A stretch of DNA of 64,000 nucleotides, from the sequence record LC597490.1. One strand, written 5' to 3'. The first letter of the stretch is position 1, and every line of letters begins with the position of its first letter. Positions 18,131-27,371 of this stretch are shown piece after piece. The notes under the pieces are model-generated. The model was not told where the DNA came from. It ran no database searches and worked only from the letters and a program-made list of their open reading frames with translations. Made by a program: the position numbers and the translations under genes.

Positions 18131-18988
18131 ATGAAACTTGAAAAAACTTATTCTTTAGATACTATGTACAAAATTGCTAAACACTTTATCGTAATTGGTG
18201 CTGGTGGTAATGGTGGTTACTTTATTCCACAATTAGCTCGTATGGTTTCTGTTCAAAACAAAATTCGTGAAGTACAACGTTTACCGTTACATCGTATTAC
18301 AATCATTGAAGCTGATGGCGTAGAAGCAAAGAACTTAACTCGTCAAAACTTTATCTCATCTGATATTGATAAGAATAAAGGTGAAGTAATGGCAGCTCGT
18401 TATGCTCGTGCATTTGGTCTTGAAATTGGATTAGTAGCTCAGTATCTTGATAGTCCAGATATGTTAGCTAAGATTATGCGTGAAAGCAAATCAAAAGAAA
18501 CACCAGTTATTTGCGGAATGGTAGATAACAATAAAACTCGTAAGTTAATGCATGATGCATTTAAATCATATGATGGTGCATTTTATCTTGATGCAGGTAA
18601 TGAAGAGTTTGCAGGACAATGTGTTCTAGGTTATAACCATCGTAAAGATCGTTTTGTTTTACCAAGAGAAGGTGGAGATTCGATTCAAAGCTTTAGCTTA
18701 CCAAGTGTTTGTGAGATGTTCCCAGAGGTAATGGAAGCGAAAGATAAGTTGCCAACTGAAATGTCTTGTGCGGAACGTTCTGAATCAGCTCCTCAGAATA
18801 TTTATACAAACATGACAGCAGCAAATGAAGCATTAGGATTTATTAATCATTTATTAACTAGTAATGCAACTGGTACAACACCAACTGGATTACGTGTTCA
18901 TGCAACAATCTTTGATTCTCGTACAATGAATAAAACAACTCGTTTTAATCGTACAAGTGAACTTGAAAAATATGCAGCGGGGAAATAA
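18131..18988 (+). CDS. E1/ThiF-family Ubl-activating enzyme (PRTRC ThiF-like)
   Basis: IGAGGNGG, DGVEAKNLTRQNF, NKGEV, MVDNNKTR, YLDAGNEEFAGQ, SCAE (catalytic Cys), QNIYTN. Confidence 0.9.
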   Translation: MKLEKTYSLDTMYKIAKHFIVIGAGGNGGYFIPQLARMVSVQNKIREVQRLPLHRITIIEADGVEAKNLTRQNFISSDIDKNKGEVMAARYARAFGLEIGLVAQYLDSPDMLAKIMRESKSKETPVICGMVDNNKTRKLMHDAFKSYDGAFYLDAGNEEFAGQCVLGYNHRKDRFVLPREGGDSIQSFSLPSVCEMFPEVMEAKDKLPTEMSCAERSESAPQNIYTNMTAANEALGFINHLLTSNATGTTPTGLRVHATIFDSRTMNKTTRFNRTSELEKYAAGK

Positions 18989-19016
18989 TCCCTGCTGTTT
19001 TTAGGAGGAAATTATT

Positions 19017-19490
19017 ATGAATTATACATTCTTCTGGGGTGGTATATTCTCTCAATGGCATAAATCTAAATTTGAAGTTGATGGTATTACATTTAATTGT
19101 GCTGAACAATACATGATGTACCAAAAAGCATTATTATTTGGAGATGAAGAAGTTGCTAAGAAAATATTAACGAAGTCTAATCCAAGAGATCAAAAGGATT
19201 TAGGTAGAAAAGTAAAAGGATTTGTAGAAGAAACCTGGAATAAACATGCGAAAGAAATTGTTTATAAAGGTAACTATGCAAAGTTCACTCAAAATCCTGA
19301 ACTATTAAAAGGATTAAAGGCTACAGGTCAAACATTATTAGTAGAAGCAAGTCCTCATGATGACATCTGGGGTATTGGGTTAGATGAAAAAACAGCTCGT
19401 AAAACACCAGAAAAAGATTGGAAAGGAACAAATTGGTTAGGCGAAGTACTAACTAATTTACGATTTAATTTAATCGAGGAAGGCAAATAG
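19017..19490 (+). CDS. NADAR (YbiA-like) family protein
   Basis: FSQW, AEQYMMYQKA, AKFTQN, LVEASPHDDIWGIG, GTNWLG. Confidence 0.9.
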   Translation: MNYTFFWGGIFSQWHKSKFEVDGITFNCAEQYMMYQKALLFGDEEVAKKILTKSNPRDQKDLGRKVKGFVEETWNKHAKEIVYKGNYAKFTQNPELLKGLKATGQTLLVEASPHDDIWGIGLDEKTARKTPEKDWKGTNWLGEVLTNLRFNLIEEGK

Positions 19491-19516
19491 TCTTCCTCTC
19501 CTTTTTGGAGGTAGTT

Positions 19517-19951
19517 ATGTATACAACTTTTAGGCAATTAATTAAAGATATGGGTTTTGATAAGACAGCTTCCGAATTTACCATGATTCTAAGGGATATC
19601 GAAAAACTGTTGGATTTTAAGATACCTATCTATATATTAGGTGAAAATCACAATAAACATTGGTATTATTTAATAGAGCATCCTGATGGATATGAAGGTG
19701 CTAATCATGTTGTTATATGTGCTTTAAGAAACATAAAGGTTTATAGAGAAAAAGAAAAAAGCCCGTATTCAGATTGGGAAGATTTTAAACTTCTCATTGA
19801 TGAAGATGGTGACTTTACTGGTGATTATACTGATTTTGAATTAATGTTTAAAAATTATTGGTGGATTTCATCAGATAAACCATTAACTTTGTTTCATTAT
19901 GAAAATGAAGCACATGTGAAAAAGTTAAATAAAGAAACCCCATTTGATTGA
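19517..19951 (+). CDS. Hypothetical protein, C-tagged
   Basis: ATG 19517; ends N-EAHVKK-LNKE-TPFD. Confidence 0.65.
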   Translation: MYTTFRQLIKDMGFDKTASEFTMILRDIEKLLDFKIPIYILGENHNKHWYYLIEHPDGYEGANHVVICALRNIKVYREKEKSPYSDWEDFKLLIDEDGDFTGDYTDFELMFKNYWWISSDKPLTLFHYENEAHVKKLNKETPFD

Positions 19952-20037
19952 GCAATTTGTAATGGAATGTTGTATTCTAATAATTGGGATACAACCTGCC
20001 ATTATAAATGGCACTAAAATTGGGGAGGGAATTATAA

Positions 20038-21111
20038 ATGCTAGACTTTTTATTAGGTGCGATATCATTAATAGGATTTATCGCATTAGGCGCATTTGCG
20101 TATTCAATTTGGAAAGCTGCTCGAAATCATGAAACAACGGTGTACGACACGAAGGACGAACAATCTTATGGAACCTTTGCGTTCGATAATAAGTTTTGGG
20201 TGTTGCCTGTAGTATTTGTTTTAATGGCAACGATCTTCTTCTTTAACTTATGTACGACTCGTGTTCAACCAGGTTATAACGGTATTACATATTCATTAGT
20301 ATCAGGTTTAAAGAATGACGTTAAAACTCCAGGTTTAAAAGTACACTATCCATGGGAAACAATTTATGATTATCCAACATCAACAGAAACGGTTTACTTA
20401 AAGAAACCAAAGAAAGATGATGAAGAGGATGACAAGAGCTTTTCAGTTAATACAAACGATGGTAAAAGCGTAGACGTAGATGCGGTTTATTCGTATCATA
20501 TGGAATCTGAAAAACTTCCACATATCTTTGCACGTTTCCGTCGCCAGCCTTCTAATAAAATTGAGGAATCTTATATCAAACAAGAGATTTCTAACCATGT
20601 ACAAGCTGCAACAACAAAGTACTCTGTACTAGAAGTTTATTCACACAAACGTTCTGAAATCACAAAAGAGATTAAAGACAATCTATCAAAATCACTTGCA
20701 AAAGATGGTATTGTATTAGAGAAGTTTACAATCGCAGATGTTCGTCCTGATAAAGATACTAGAGGGAAGCTACAGGCTATTGCCGACATGCAAAACGAAC
20801 AAGAACGTTTAGCTCGTGAAGAACAAGTTAAGCGTCAACAAGCAGCAAATGCTAAGATCGAAGCTGAAGGTAAGAAGGTAACAGAACTTATCAATGCTGA
20901 CCGTGATGCAGAAAAGATTCGTATCAACGCTGATGCACAATCAGCAGCCAACGATAAGTTAAAAGCTTCATTAAGTCCAGAAGTTATTCAATCAGAATGG
21001 ATTAAGAAATGGAATGGACAAAAATCTGTTGTTGAGGGTGGCTCTGGTTCTATTATTAATATGCCAGCTGACATCATCAAGCAACAATTGGAACAAGGGG
21101 CTAAGAAGTAA
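20038..21111 (+). CDS. SPFH/prohibitin (band 7) membrane protein
   Basis: Two TM segments; RVQPGYNG, TNDGKSVDVD, SPFH core, coiled coil, EWIKKWNG. Confidence 0.9.
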   Translation: MLDFLLGAISLIGFIALGAFAYSIWKAARNHETTVYDTKDEQSYGTFAFDNKFWVLPVVFVLMATIFFFNLCTTRVQPGYNGITYSLVSGLKNDVKTPGLKVHYPWETIYDYPTSTETVYLKKPKKDDEEDDKSFSVNTNDGKSVDVDAVYSYHMESEKLPHIFARFRRQPSNKIEESYIKQEISNHVQAATTKYSVLEVYSHKRSEITKEIKDNLSKSLAKDGIVLEKFTIADVRPDKDTRGKLQAIADMQNEQERLAREEQVKRQQAANAKIEAEGKKVTELINADRDAEKIRINADAQSAANDKLKASLSPEVIQSEWIKKWNGQKSVVEGGSGSIINMPADIIKQQLEQGAKK

Positions 21112-21226
21112 TTATTAACACTGTCGGAGGTGTTAAATCCGCTTCTTAATAATTATCTGCATTTTTAGTATTAATGGGGTAACACAGGGGTATTAAACAT
21201 AAATCAGTGGGAGCTTAACGGCTCCC

Positions 21227-21342
21227 CTCTTTCAGGGAGGAGTAATCCTCCCCTTTCTGTTTTAGGTAATGATTCTTGAATGAGTCCCAAGAGTCAATTA
21301 GGGTAAGGAAGAGAGTTCCCCTAGATTCTCTTCCCTGAAGGA
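21227..21342 (+). other. Multibranch structured intergenic element
   Basis: Closing stem ctctttcag/ctgaaggag encloses three hairpins; its 3' strand is the next gene's SD. Confidence 0.55.
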
Positions 21343-21351
21343 GATGATAAT

Positions 21352-21693
21352 ATGGAAAGAATAGTAGTTTATGAACCTTATGCTTGGGCAGGTGGATTAA
21401 TTGCAATAGGATTAGTAGCAGGAGTGGGATTTATCGTATCGTATTATGCGACTGATAAGAAAAAACCATGGCTGTTGATACCTGGCTTTCTTGCAATTCC
21501 TGTATTTATATTTGGTATATTATCATGTAATTTAGAATCATTACAAAAACCAGTCAATCAATATCTGGTTGATAAAAAAGTAATTCCACAAATTGATTTT
21601 GGAAGATATCAAGTTATTGGTCAACAAGGTGATACTTTCTTATTAGAAAGAATTGAACACACCCGAACATTTAGAGTAGACAATAGGAGGTAG
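21352..21693 (+). CDS. Membrane protein (paralog of next gene)
   Basis: 2 TM plus IPQIDF..YQVIGQQGDTFLLER. Confidence 0.7.
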   Translation: MERIVVYEPYAWAGGLIAIGLVAGVGFIVSYYATDKKKPWLLIPGFLAIPVFIFGILSCNLESLQKPVNQYLVDKKVIPQIDFGRYQVIGQQGDTFLLERIEHTRTFRVDNRR

Positions 21694-21698
21694 ATACG

Positions 21699-22031
21699 AT
21701 GCAAGAATTAATTAGTTATAGTCCACCATGGTATAGCATATTCATGATTGCATTTGGTATTGGATATGGAGTTGTTTGTGCTTTTATTGCTATAATGCAT
21801 CATAACAAAGGAAGAAGTAATCGCATATCTACCATATTAGCTTGCCTATGTGGAATTATGCTTTGTGCAGGGATAATTTTATTTAACATAACTGATCTTA
21901 AAACAAAGAATGTAAAGTATCAGATTCATAAAAATGACATTCCTTCTATTGATTTCGCTGACTATAAGATAGAAGAACAAACAGGTAATTACTTTATTAT
22001 AGAAAAGCGTGAAAAAGAAATTTTATATTGA
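21699..22031 (+). CDS. Membrane protein (paralog of previous gene)
   Basis: 2 TM plus IPSIDF..YKIEEQTGNYFIIEK. Confidence 0.7.
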   Translation: MQELISYSPPWYSIFMIAFGIGYGVVCAFIAIMHHNKGRSNRISTILACLCGIMLCAGIILFNITDLKTKNVKYQIHKNDIPSIDFADYKIEEQTGNYFIIEKREKEILY

Positions 22032-22229
22032 TATTCATTTTGAACAAGGGAGATAATTCCTGTCTCTCTTTTTGAAAATGAATAAGCCAAACAGTACCCG
22101 TAGAGAAAGGAACCCAAAAGTGTAAGCGTCAGCTCTACATAAGGGGAATCGTGGACTTTTGTTTTCTACCCTCTGGAATAGAGATACCTCAAAACAGAGG
22201 GTATTTTCATTAATAAAGGAGGGTAAGAC

Positions 22230-22658
22230 ATGATTGATAAATTAAAGAACTATGTAACATTTAGTGAACAATTAAAAAAAGAAGTAGAGCATGGCAAGGA
22301 GTTTACTGTTGGTGGTAAAATTACCAGCATTGTAAATACAGCTTTGCTCGTTGAGAAAGTGGAAGAACCTAAAGATCATTTCGTATACCTTATGTTAGAC
22401 GATGCAGTTGGTGAGCAATCCGTAGCCTTACCTTTAGGTGCTTACGAACATGCAGTTGCTCGTTATGGCATTGGTGTAGGTTCAATTGTCTTAGTACAAG
22501 GTATGTTGCAAATTTTAGATTTTTCATTTACGTATAAAGATACACGAGGTATGATTCATGAATCAGATGGGTTAAATCATCCTGAGCAATCAAATCGTAT
22601 TGTTGGATGGAAAGTAACACCATTACCTGAAGAAAAACCTGTATTAACGAAGGATTAA
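22230..22658 (+). CDS. Stand-alone OB-fold protein resembling the DnaE C-terminal OB domain
   Basis: VGGKITSI...FVYLMLDDAVGEQSV..Y...GSIVLVQG. Confidence 0.6.
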   Translation: MIDKLKNYVTFSEQLKKEVEHGKEFTVGGKITSIVNTALLVEKVEEPKDHFVYLMLDDAVGEQSVALPLGAYEHAVARYGIGVGSIVLVQGMLQILDFSFTYKDTRGMIHESDGLNHPEQSNRIVGWKVTPLPEEKPVLTKD

Positions 22659-22672
22659 TTTCCTTCTTTTTT

Positions 22673-23380
22673 CATGTGTGTAACAGGGATTTATGTCCGT
22701 TCGATTCGGACTACACACACCAAATAAGAGTAATGATAAGTATACATAACAGTGGCCCCTTGAAATAGCTGCCAATGGGGAAGGAATGGGTTTCGGCTTA
22801 TTAAAACGTCCAGCTTCGTATAAATCATTACTCTCCCTTATGGGAAAGCTCATACGTATCGTGTGGGTTTCCTCATAGGGGAGAAAGCCATGTTATTGAG
22901 CTTGAGTATGCTGATCGTAGTTTCCTTGAAAATGAGATGCCATATATACGTATGCTACGGTAGGTTAAGAACTTATTCTTATCTATATCATAGGATATGC
23001 ATTGCGGCCTTACAGAGGTGTCTACTCTGACGAGAATGACCGTAGAAACTACTCTTGCTTGATATGAGGTGAATCTCTTATGATTGAAAGTAAATAGAAC
23101 TTGCTAAGAAGGGGTAAACTCTGAACCGTTTGGACAGGTGCATCCTTCAAAGCATTAACTTCCTAAGTTCAAAAGCTTTCAAGTGGATGGTAAGGGGCAT
23201 AGGGAACCGACCTTGCTCCTTATTTTTCTTAGATATACAAGGGGGCTTATAACCCCACGTCTCATAGTATTACTTCCAAAAATACGACAATTTTTCACAC
23301 ATTAGGTAGAAGAGGTGGCACTCTTTTATCGGGCGATGTGCGTCGCCTTGTATATCTAGTTTATTAAAGGGGGAAAAGCA
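22673..23380 (+). ncRNA. Putative large structured ncRNA (strand inferred from context)
   Basis: About 700 nt without a credible ORF; stems agagtaatgat/atcattactct (22727-37/22824-34), aagctca/tgagctt, tagatatacaagg/ccttgtatatcta (23230-42/23346-58). Confidence 0.5.
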
Positions 23381-23968
23381 ATGAATCTTGTAAAGCATTT
23401 CTACAAACGTTGGGTTGAGCGAGTAGTAGGGATTGAGGATGAAGTTGAAGCCAATCGTTACATAACAGAAAACCAAGAAATGATTAAAGAACATGCAGAA
23501 ACAATGTATCTTTATGCTACCTTTATGTACAAAGGACAGATTGGTGACCATGTAACTCGTAACTATTACATAAAAGATAATTACATATTAATTACGAATG
23601 CATCAGATGATGCAATGATTACTGTTTTTGAAGTAGACTATGGATTTACTGGAGATGTAAATGACTTTATCCGCAAACGTACAATGGAAGAAATTCAAGC
23701 TCTTTATGCTGAGTTAGAAGAAGCGGAATTAGAAGTTGCCGTGACTTTAGATGAAGCAAATGCGAAACTACTTGCATTAGATGTTGAGATAGAAGAATTA
23801 AAGAAGCGTTTGGAACAAGCTAAGAGTGAACATAAATTTGTCTTAGAAGGAACAAAACGCTTAAATGAGAAACCTATCTTAATTAATGGTCAGATTAGAG
23901 CATTATCTGCAAAGTTAATTCAATCTAAGTACTATCTAAAAGATATTGCTGAAGATAAGAAAGGGTGA
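23381..23968 (+). CDS. Hypothetical protein with C-terminal coiled coil
   Basis: 195 aa, SD aagggg. Confidence 0.7.
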   Translation: MNLVKHFYKRWVERVVGIEDEVEANRYITENQEMIKEHAETMYLYATFMYKGQIGDHVTRNYYIKDNYILITNASDDAMITVFEVDYGFTGDVNDFIRKRTMEEIQALYAELEEAELEVAVTLDEANAKLLALDVEIEELKKRLEQAKSEHKFVLEGTKRLNEKPILINGQIRALSAKLIQSKYYLKDIAEDKKG

Positions 23969-24378
23969 TGACAATGGATTCCAAGTTAAAAGAATTGGAA
24001 CTCCTTCCTATTTACTATCATGGTGGTACAGTATATTATGTTGCTGATATAAAACTACCTCATACAGTAGGTGTTCCACCAGAACTTGCACAGTTCTTAG
24101 AAGCAGCTGATGTTCCTTTAGTAAAACATCATATTGAAAGAAGTCATGCTATTGGTTGGCGCTGCACACATTATTTAATAACAGTACATATTGGTAGCTT
24201 GAGCGTAATCGAAACACGCCGTATCTTTAATCAAATAGCTAAAGTACTCGGCAAAGACAAGCATGATTATGAAACACCAAGTCCAGAAAGAGAAAGAATA
24301 AATTCTTTTATCATTGAAACAAGTAAGTATATTTCAAGTAATGGCTATAGCTTGAAAGAGGAAGTTAAGTATGACTAA
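23965..24378 (+). CDS. Array B paralog (GxPP...GW), partial C-tag
   Basis: GVPPELAQFLE..HH...GWRC; ends LKEE with Asn off-register. Confidence 0.65.
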   Translation: MMTMDSKLKELELLPIYYHGGTVYYVADIKLPHTVGVPPELAQFLEAADVPLVKHHIERSHAIGWRCTHYLITVHIGSLSVIETRRIFNQIAKVLGKDKHDYETPSPERERINSFIIETSKYISSNGYSLKEEVKYD

Positions 24379-24742
24379 TCTTATAGATAAGTATAAAGAC
24401 ACTCCTATTTATTTCTATGGAACTTACATTATGATTCTTACTCCTAATGATAGAAACATAGATTATGGAATCCCACCTTCTATGTCTAAAATGCTAGAAG
24501 ATGCTGGCATAGATTTGAAACCACATAAGGATAGAAAGAGTGCAGAAAAAGGTTGGAGAATTACAGATCAAGTTACTTATTTAACAAGGAACGAATTCTC
24601 AACCCGTTTTCCTAAAATCATGGAAGAAATTTATCCGTTAATGATTAATAAACAGGAAGGTAAATTAGTTGACCTTAGTGAGTTTACTAACAATAATTAC
24701 GGATTAAAACAATTTAAAAGTGAGAATGACTTACTTTTATAA
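24371..24742 (+). CDS. Array B paralog, C-tagged
   Basis: GIPPSM..PHK...GWRI; ends N-NYGLKQ-FKSE. Confidence 0.7.
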   Translation: MTNLIDKYKDTPIYFYGTYIMILTPNDRNIDYGIPPSMSKMLEDAGIDLKPHKDRKSAEKGWRITDQVTYLTRNEFSTRFPKIMEEIYPLMINKQEGKLVDLSEFTNNNYGLKQFKSENDLLL

Positions 24743-24755
24743 AGGAGAGAAGCAG

Positions 24756-25331
24756 ATGTTCACAAACGTATATATACATGATTTTCAAACAATATCAGAA
24801 GCAGAGTTCCAGGTAATTAAAAGGATGGTTTCTACAGGAAGTCCGACTTTGATCTTAGTAGACTCATCAGATTTATGCTTTAAAGATGAGGCTCCGCTTA
24901 CATTAAAAACTCGTATTGATGCAATACAAACTATAATTACAACACAAGGTTTTACAAATGTTCATATCGGACACATTCAACATTATGAGTTAACATGCCC
25001 AGAAGAGTTCGATGGATATGCTATGTATTATGAGCAAAAGATTAATATGTGGTTAAAGCATTTTGAATTGCCTACAGAAATACTTATGTACCAAGATGTA
25101 ATTGGTGAAGAGTTAGAAATACCGTATGCATTAGCAGAGTATTTAAAGTCTTTCATCTTCTTACTAACAAACACTTCCACTATCAGAAATCTAAAGAAAG
25201 AAAAACAATTAGAGTTCTGGTACGATGCAATGGAAAATAAAGAAGCAATGTGGGAAAAGTTTACGCCAGAATGCTTACACAGTATGAGAGAAACATTCTT
25301 ACATGACAAGGTAATGACACAGAGAGTATAA
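24756..25331 (+). CDS. Possible degenerate cytidylyltransferase-like (NMNAT/NadR-type) fold protein
   Basis: YIHDFQTISEAEFQVIK aligns loosely with GRFQPFHxGH, but HxGH is absent; PLTLKTRIDAI resembles PxTxxER..I. Confidence 0.4.
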   Translation: MFTNVYIHDFQTISEAEFQVIKRMVSTGSPTLILVDSSDLCFKDEAPLTLKTRIDAIQTIITTQGFTNVHIGHIQHYELTCPEEFDGYAMYYEQKINMWLKHFELPTEILMYQDVIGEELEIPYALAEYLKSFIFLLTNTSTIRNLKKEKQLEFWYDAMENKEAMWEKFTPECLHSMRETFLHDKVMTQRV

Positions 25332-25400
25332 TGCTCTCTGTTTTTTATTTGTATGTACATATTATAATGAGGGTAATTGTACCGCTAAAGGAGGATTAAT

Positions 25401-25769
25401 ATGAAAGATAGAATGAGCAGTTCTAATATTACGAAAGAAGCACTTTTTGCAGTTGAAATATCAGAAGGAAAAGAAGTTCCAACTTTGTATTTAGAATTAG
25501 AACATGCTTATTATCCATACATTACATATACACATCGACCTAAATGTACTATAAGTCTTCCACATCCTATTCACCCTAGAGCTGTGAAATGGTGTGATAA
25601 GTATAATATTCCATATGAACCGCATTGGGATAAAGACCTAGCTGCATTAGGTTATGGACAGAGTAATTACTGCACAATAAACATGATTACTAAAGCAATG
25701 TTTGAAAAAGTTGTTCCTCGTAAAAATGAGTATACGTTTCACAAGTTAAGAGAGGAGGAAGGCATTTAA
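25401..25769 (+). CDS. Array B paralog, C-tagged
   Basis: PIHPRAVKWC..PHW; ends N-EYTFHK-LREE. Confidence 0.7.
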   Translation: MKDRMSSSNITKEALFAVEISEGKEVPTLYLELEHAYYPYITYTHRPKCTISLPHPIHPRAVKWCDKYNIPYEPHWDKDLAALGYGQSNYCTINMITKAMFEKVVPRKNEYTFHKLREEEGI

Positions 25770-26083
25770 TGGATAATAAAGATATTCTGTATTATGTTCT
25801 TCCTAATAAAGGACCTTTTTCTTATCGTAAATATGAAGTAAAGTTACAACGACGTAGAGGATTAGAGGATGTAGGCATACCACCAGAAGTTGCTACATGG
25901 GCAGAATCACGAGGCGTAACAGATATACGTCCTCATTGGAATCCAGATAGAAACTTACAAGGTTGGCGTTGTACAACTCAATTAGATATGCATCGAATTG
26001 ATAAGTTTACGTATAACAAGTTTTGCAATAAAACGAATGAACAAGCCTTAGTTTTATTTAAGAAAGAAACCGATATTACGTAA
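25769..26083 (+). CDS. Array B paralog, C-tagged
   Basis: GIPPEVATWAE..PHW..QGWRC; ends N-EQALVL-FKKE. Confidence 0.7.
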   Translation: MDNKDILYYVLPNKGPFSYRKYEVKLQRRRGLEDVGIPPEVATWAESRGVTDIRPHWNPDRNLQGWRCTTQLDMHRIDKFTYNKFCNKTNEQALVLFKKETDIT

Positions 26084-26095
26084 GGAGTTGATAAT

Positions 26096-26401
26096 GTGAA
26101 TGTAGGAGCATCCATATATTCTTATTATGAGAATGCTTGGGGCGTACCAACTTATCGAAAATATACAGTAGTCTACACTGAATTTAAGTATGAACATGGT
26201 ATTCCACCTCACCTTGTTGATTGGCTAGAAGAAAACAAAGTTCCTTATGGTCCTCATTGGTCAATTCGTTCAGATGCTCAAGGGTGGAGAGCCTCTCCCT
26301 TTATTAGAATTGACCAAGTTACAAAAGAAGAATATGAACGGTACAAAAATAACACAAATAAGATATCCGTTTCATTCTTTAAACAAGAAGAATTATATTA
26401 G
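26096..26401 (+). CDS. Array B paralog, C-tagged
   Basis: GIPPHLVDWLE..PHW..QGWRA; ends N-KISVSF-FKQE. Confidence 0.7.
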   Translation: MNVGASIYSYYENAWGVPTYRKYTVVYTEFKYEHGIPPHLVDWLEENKVPYGPHWSIRSDAQGWRASPFIRIDQVTKEEYERYKNNTNKISVSFFKQEELY

Positions 26402-26415
26402 CAAGGAGTGATTGT

Positions 26416-26715
26416 ATGCAATTAGTAACAAAGCTACGTCCAGATGAACCAAATGATAGTGAGTATCGTGTATATACATACACAGCATCGGGTACTCATA
26501 AACTAGGTATTCCTGCTCATGTTGGTGCATGGTGCATATCAAATGGCATACGTATATCAAGTCATTGGCACGCATATGATGAATGGGAAGGTTGGGTGTG
26601 TACGCACAACTTGCTTGTCGATTTCATCACAAAAGAAGAGTATGATGAATTAACACGTAAAGGAAACAACGAAGGTGCAGTAACAGATTTAAAAACAGAA
26701 GTTTTATTTGATTAA
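26416..26715 (+). CDS. Array B paralog, C-tagged
   Basis: GIPAHVGAWC..SHW..EGWVC; ends N-EGAVTD-LKTE. Confidence 0.7.
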   Translation: MQLVTKLRPDEPNDSEYRVYTYTASGTHKLGIPAHVGAWCISNGIRISSHWHAYDEWEGWVCTHNLLVDFITKEEYDELTRKGNNEGAVTDLKTEVLFD

Positions 26716-26727
26716 AGGAGGGTCGTT

Positions 26728-27036
26728 ATGCCAACTCCAGAGTATAAAAGTGTATATGCTGAAATTTCTATTAATGGAACACAACAATACACTGAGTACA
26801 GAATATTTAAGGAGAGAAAAAGTACGGGTGGATTCCCACCTGAAATGGTTCCTATATTTGAAAAGATGGGAGTTGAAATTCTAGATCACTGGGATATAGA
26901 TTGGCATAATAAAGGGTGGCGTTCTAGTGATTACGTAACACCAGGTGAAATTAGTTATTCACATTATTTAAAAAAACGAGAAAAGCAAAACAACCATCAA
27001 GCATCTTTATTTATGAACGAAGAACCTGCTATTTAA
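26728..27036 (+). CDS. Array B paralog, C-tagged
   Basis: GFPPEM..DHW..KGWRS; ends N-HQASLF-MNEE. Confidence 0.7.
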   Translation: MPTPEYKSVYAEISINGTQQYTEYRIFKERKSTGGFPPEMVPIFEKMGVEILDHWDIDWHNKGWRSSDYVTPGEISYSHYLKKREKQNNHQASLFMNEEPAI

Positions 27037-27048
27037 AGGAGGTGTAAT

Positions 27049-27360
27049 ATGAATCACATTGGAGAAACGAATTATGCAAGAATTGTAGGCAAGGGAGGTA
27101 ACGTTCGTTATTGTAAGTATGTTATACTTGCAAAGCCAAGGGAAATTCGAAGTGGGTTTCCGCCAGAGATAGCTAGGTGGGCTGAATCCAAAGGCGTCGA
27201 GCTTACTCCTCACTGGACAGCATCACATAGAGAAGAAGGATGGATGGCTAGTCTCTATATTCATGTTGATCGTATTCGAAAGGATGAATATTTAAAAGCT
27301 GAAAGAATGCAAAATAACGAGGCAGTTTTCAAATTTAAAAGTGAAACTGAAGTATGGTAA
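27049..27360 (+). CDS. Array B paralog, C-tagged
   Basis: GFPPEIARWAE..PHW..EGWMA; ends N-NEAVFK-FKSE. Confidence 0.7.
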   Translation: MNHIGETNYARIVGKGGNVRYCKYVILAKPREIRSGFPPEIARWAESKGVELTPHWTASHREEGWMASLYIHVDRIRKDEYLKAERMQNNEAVFKFKSETEVW

Positions 27361-27371
27361 GGAGAGATTAT

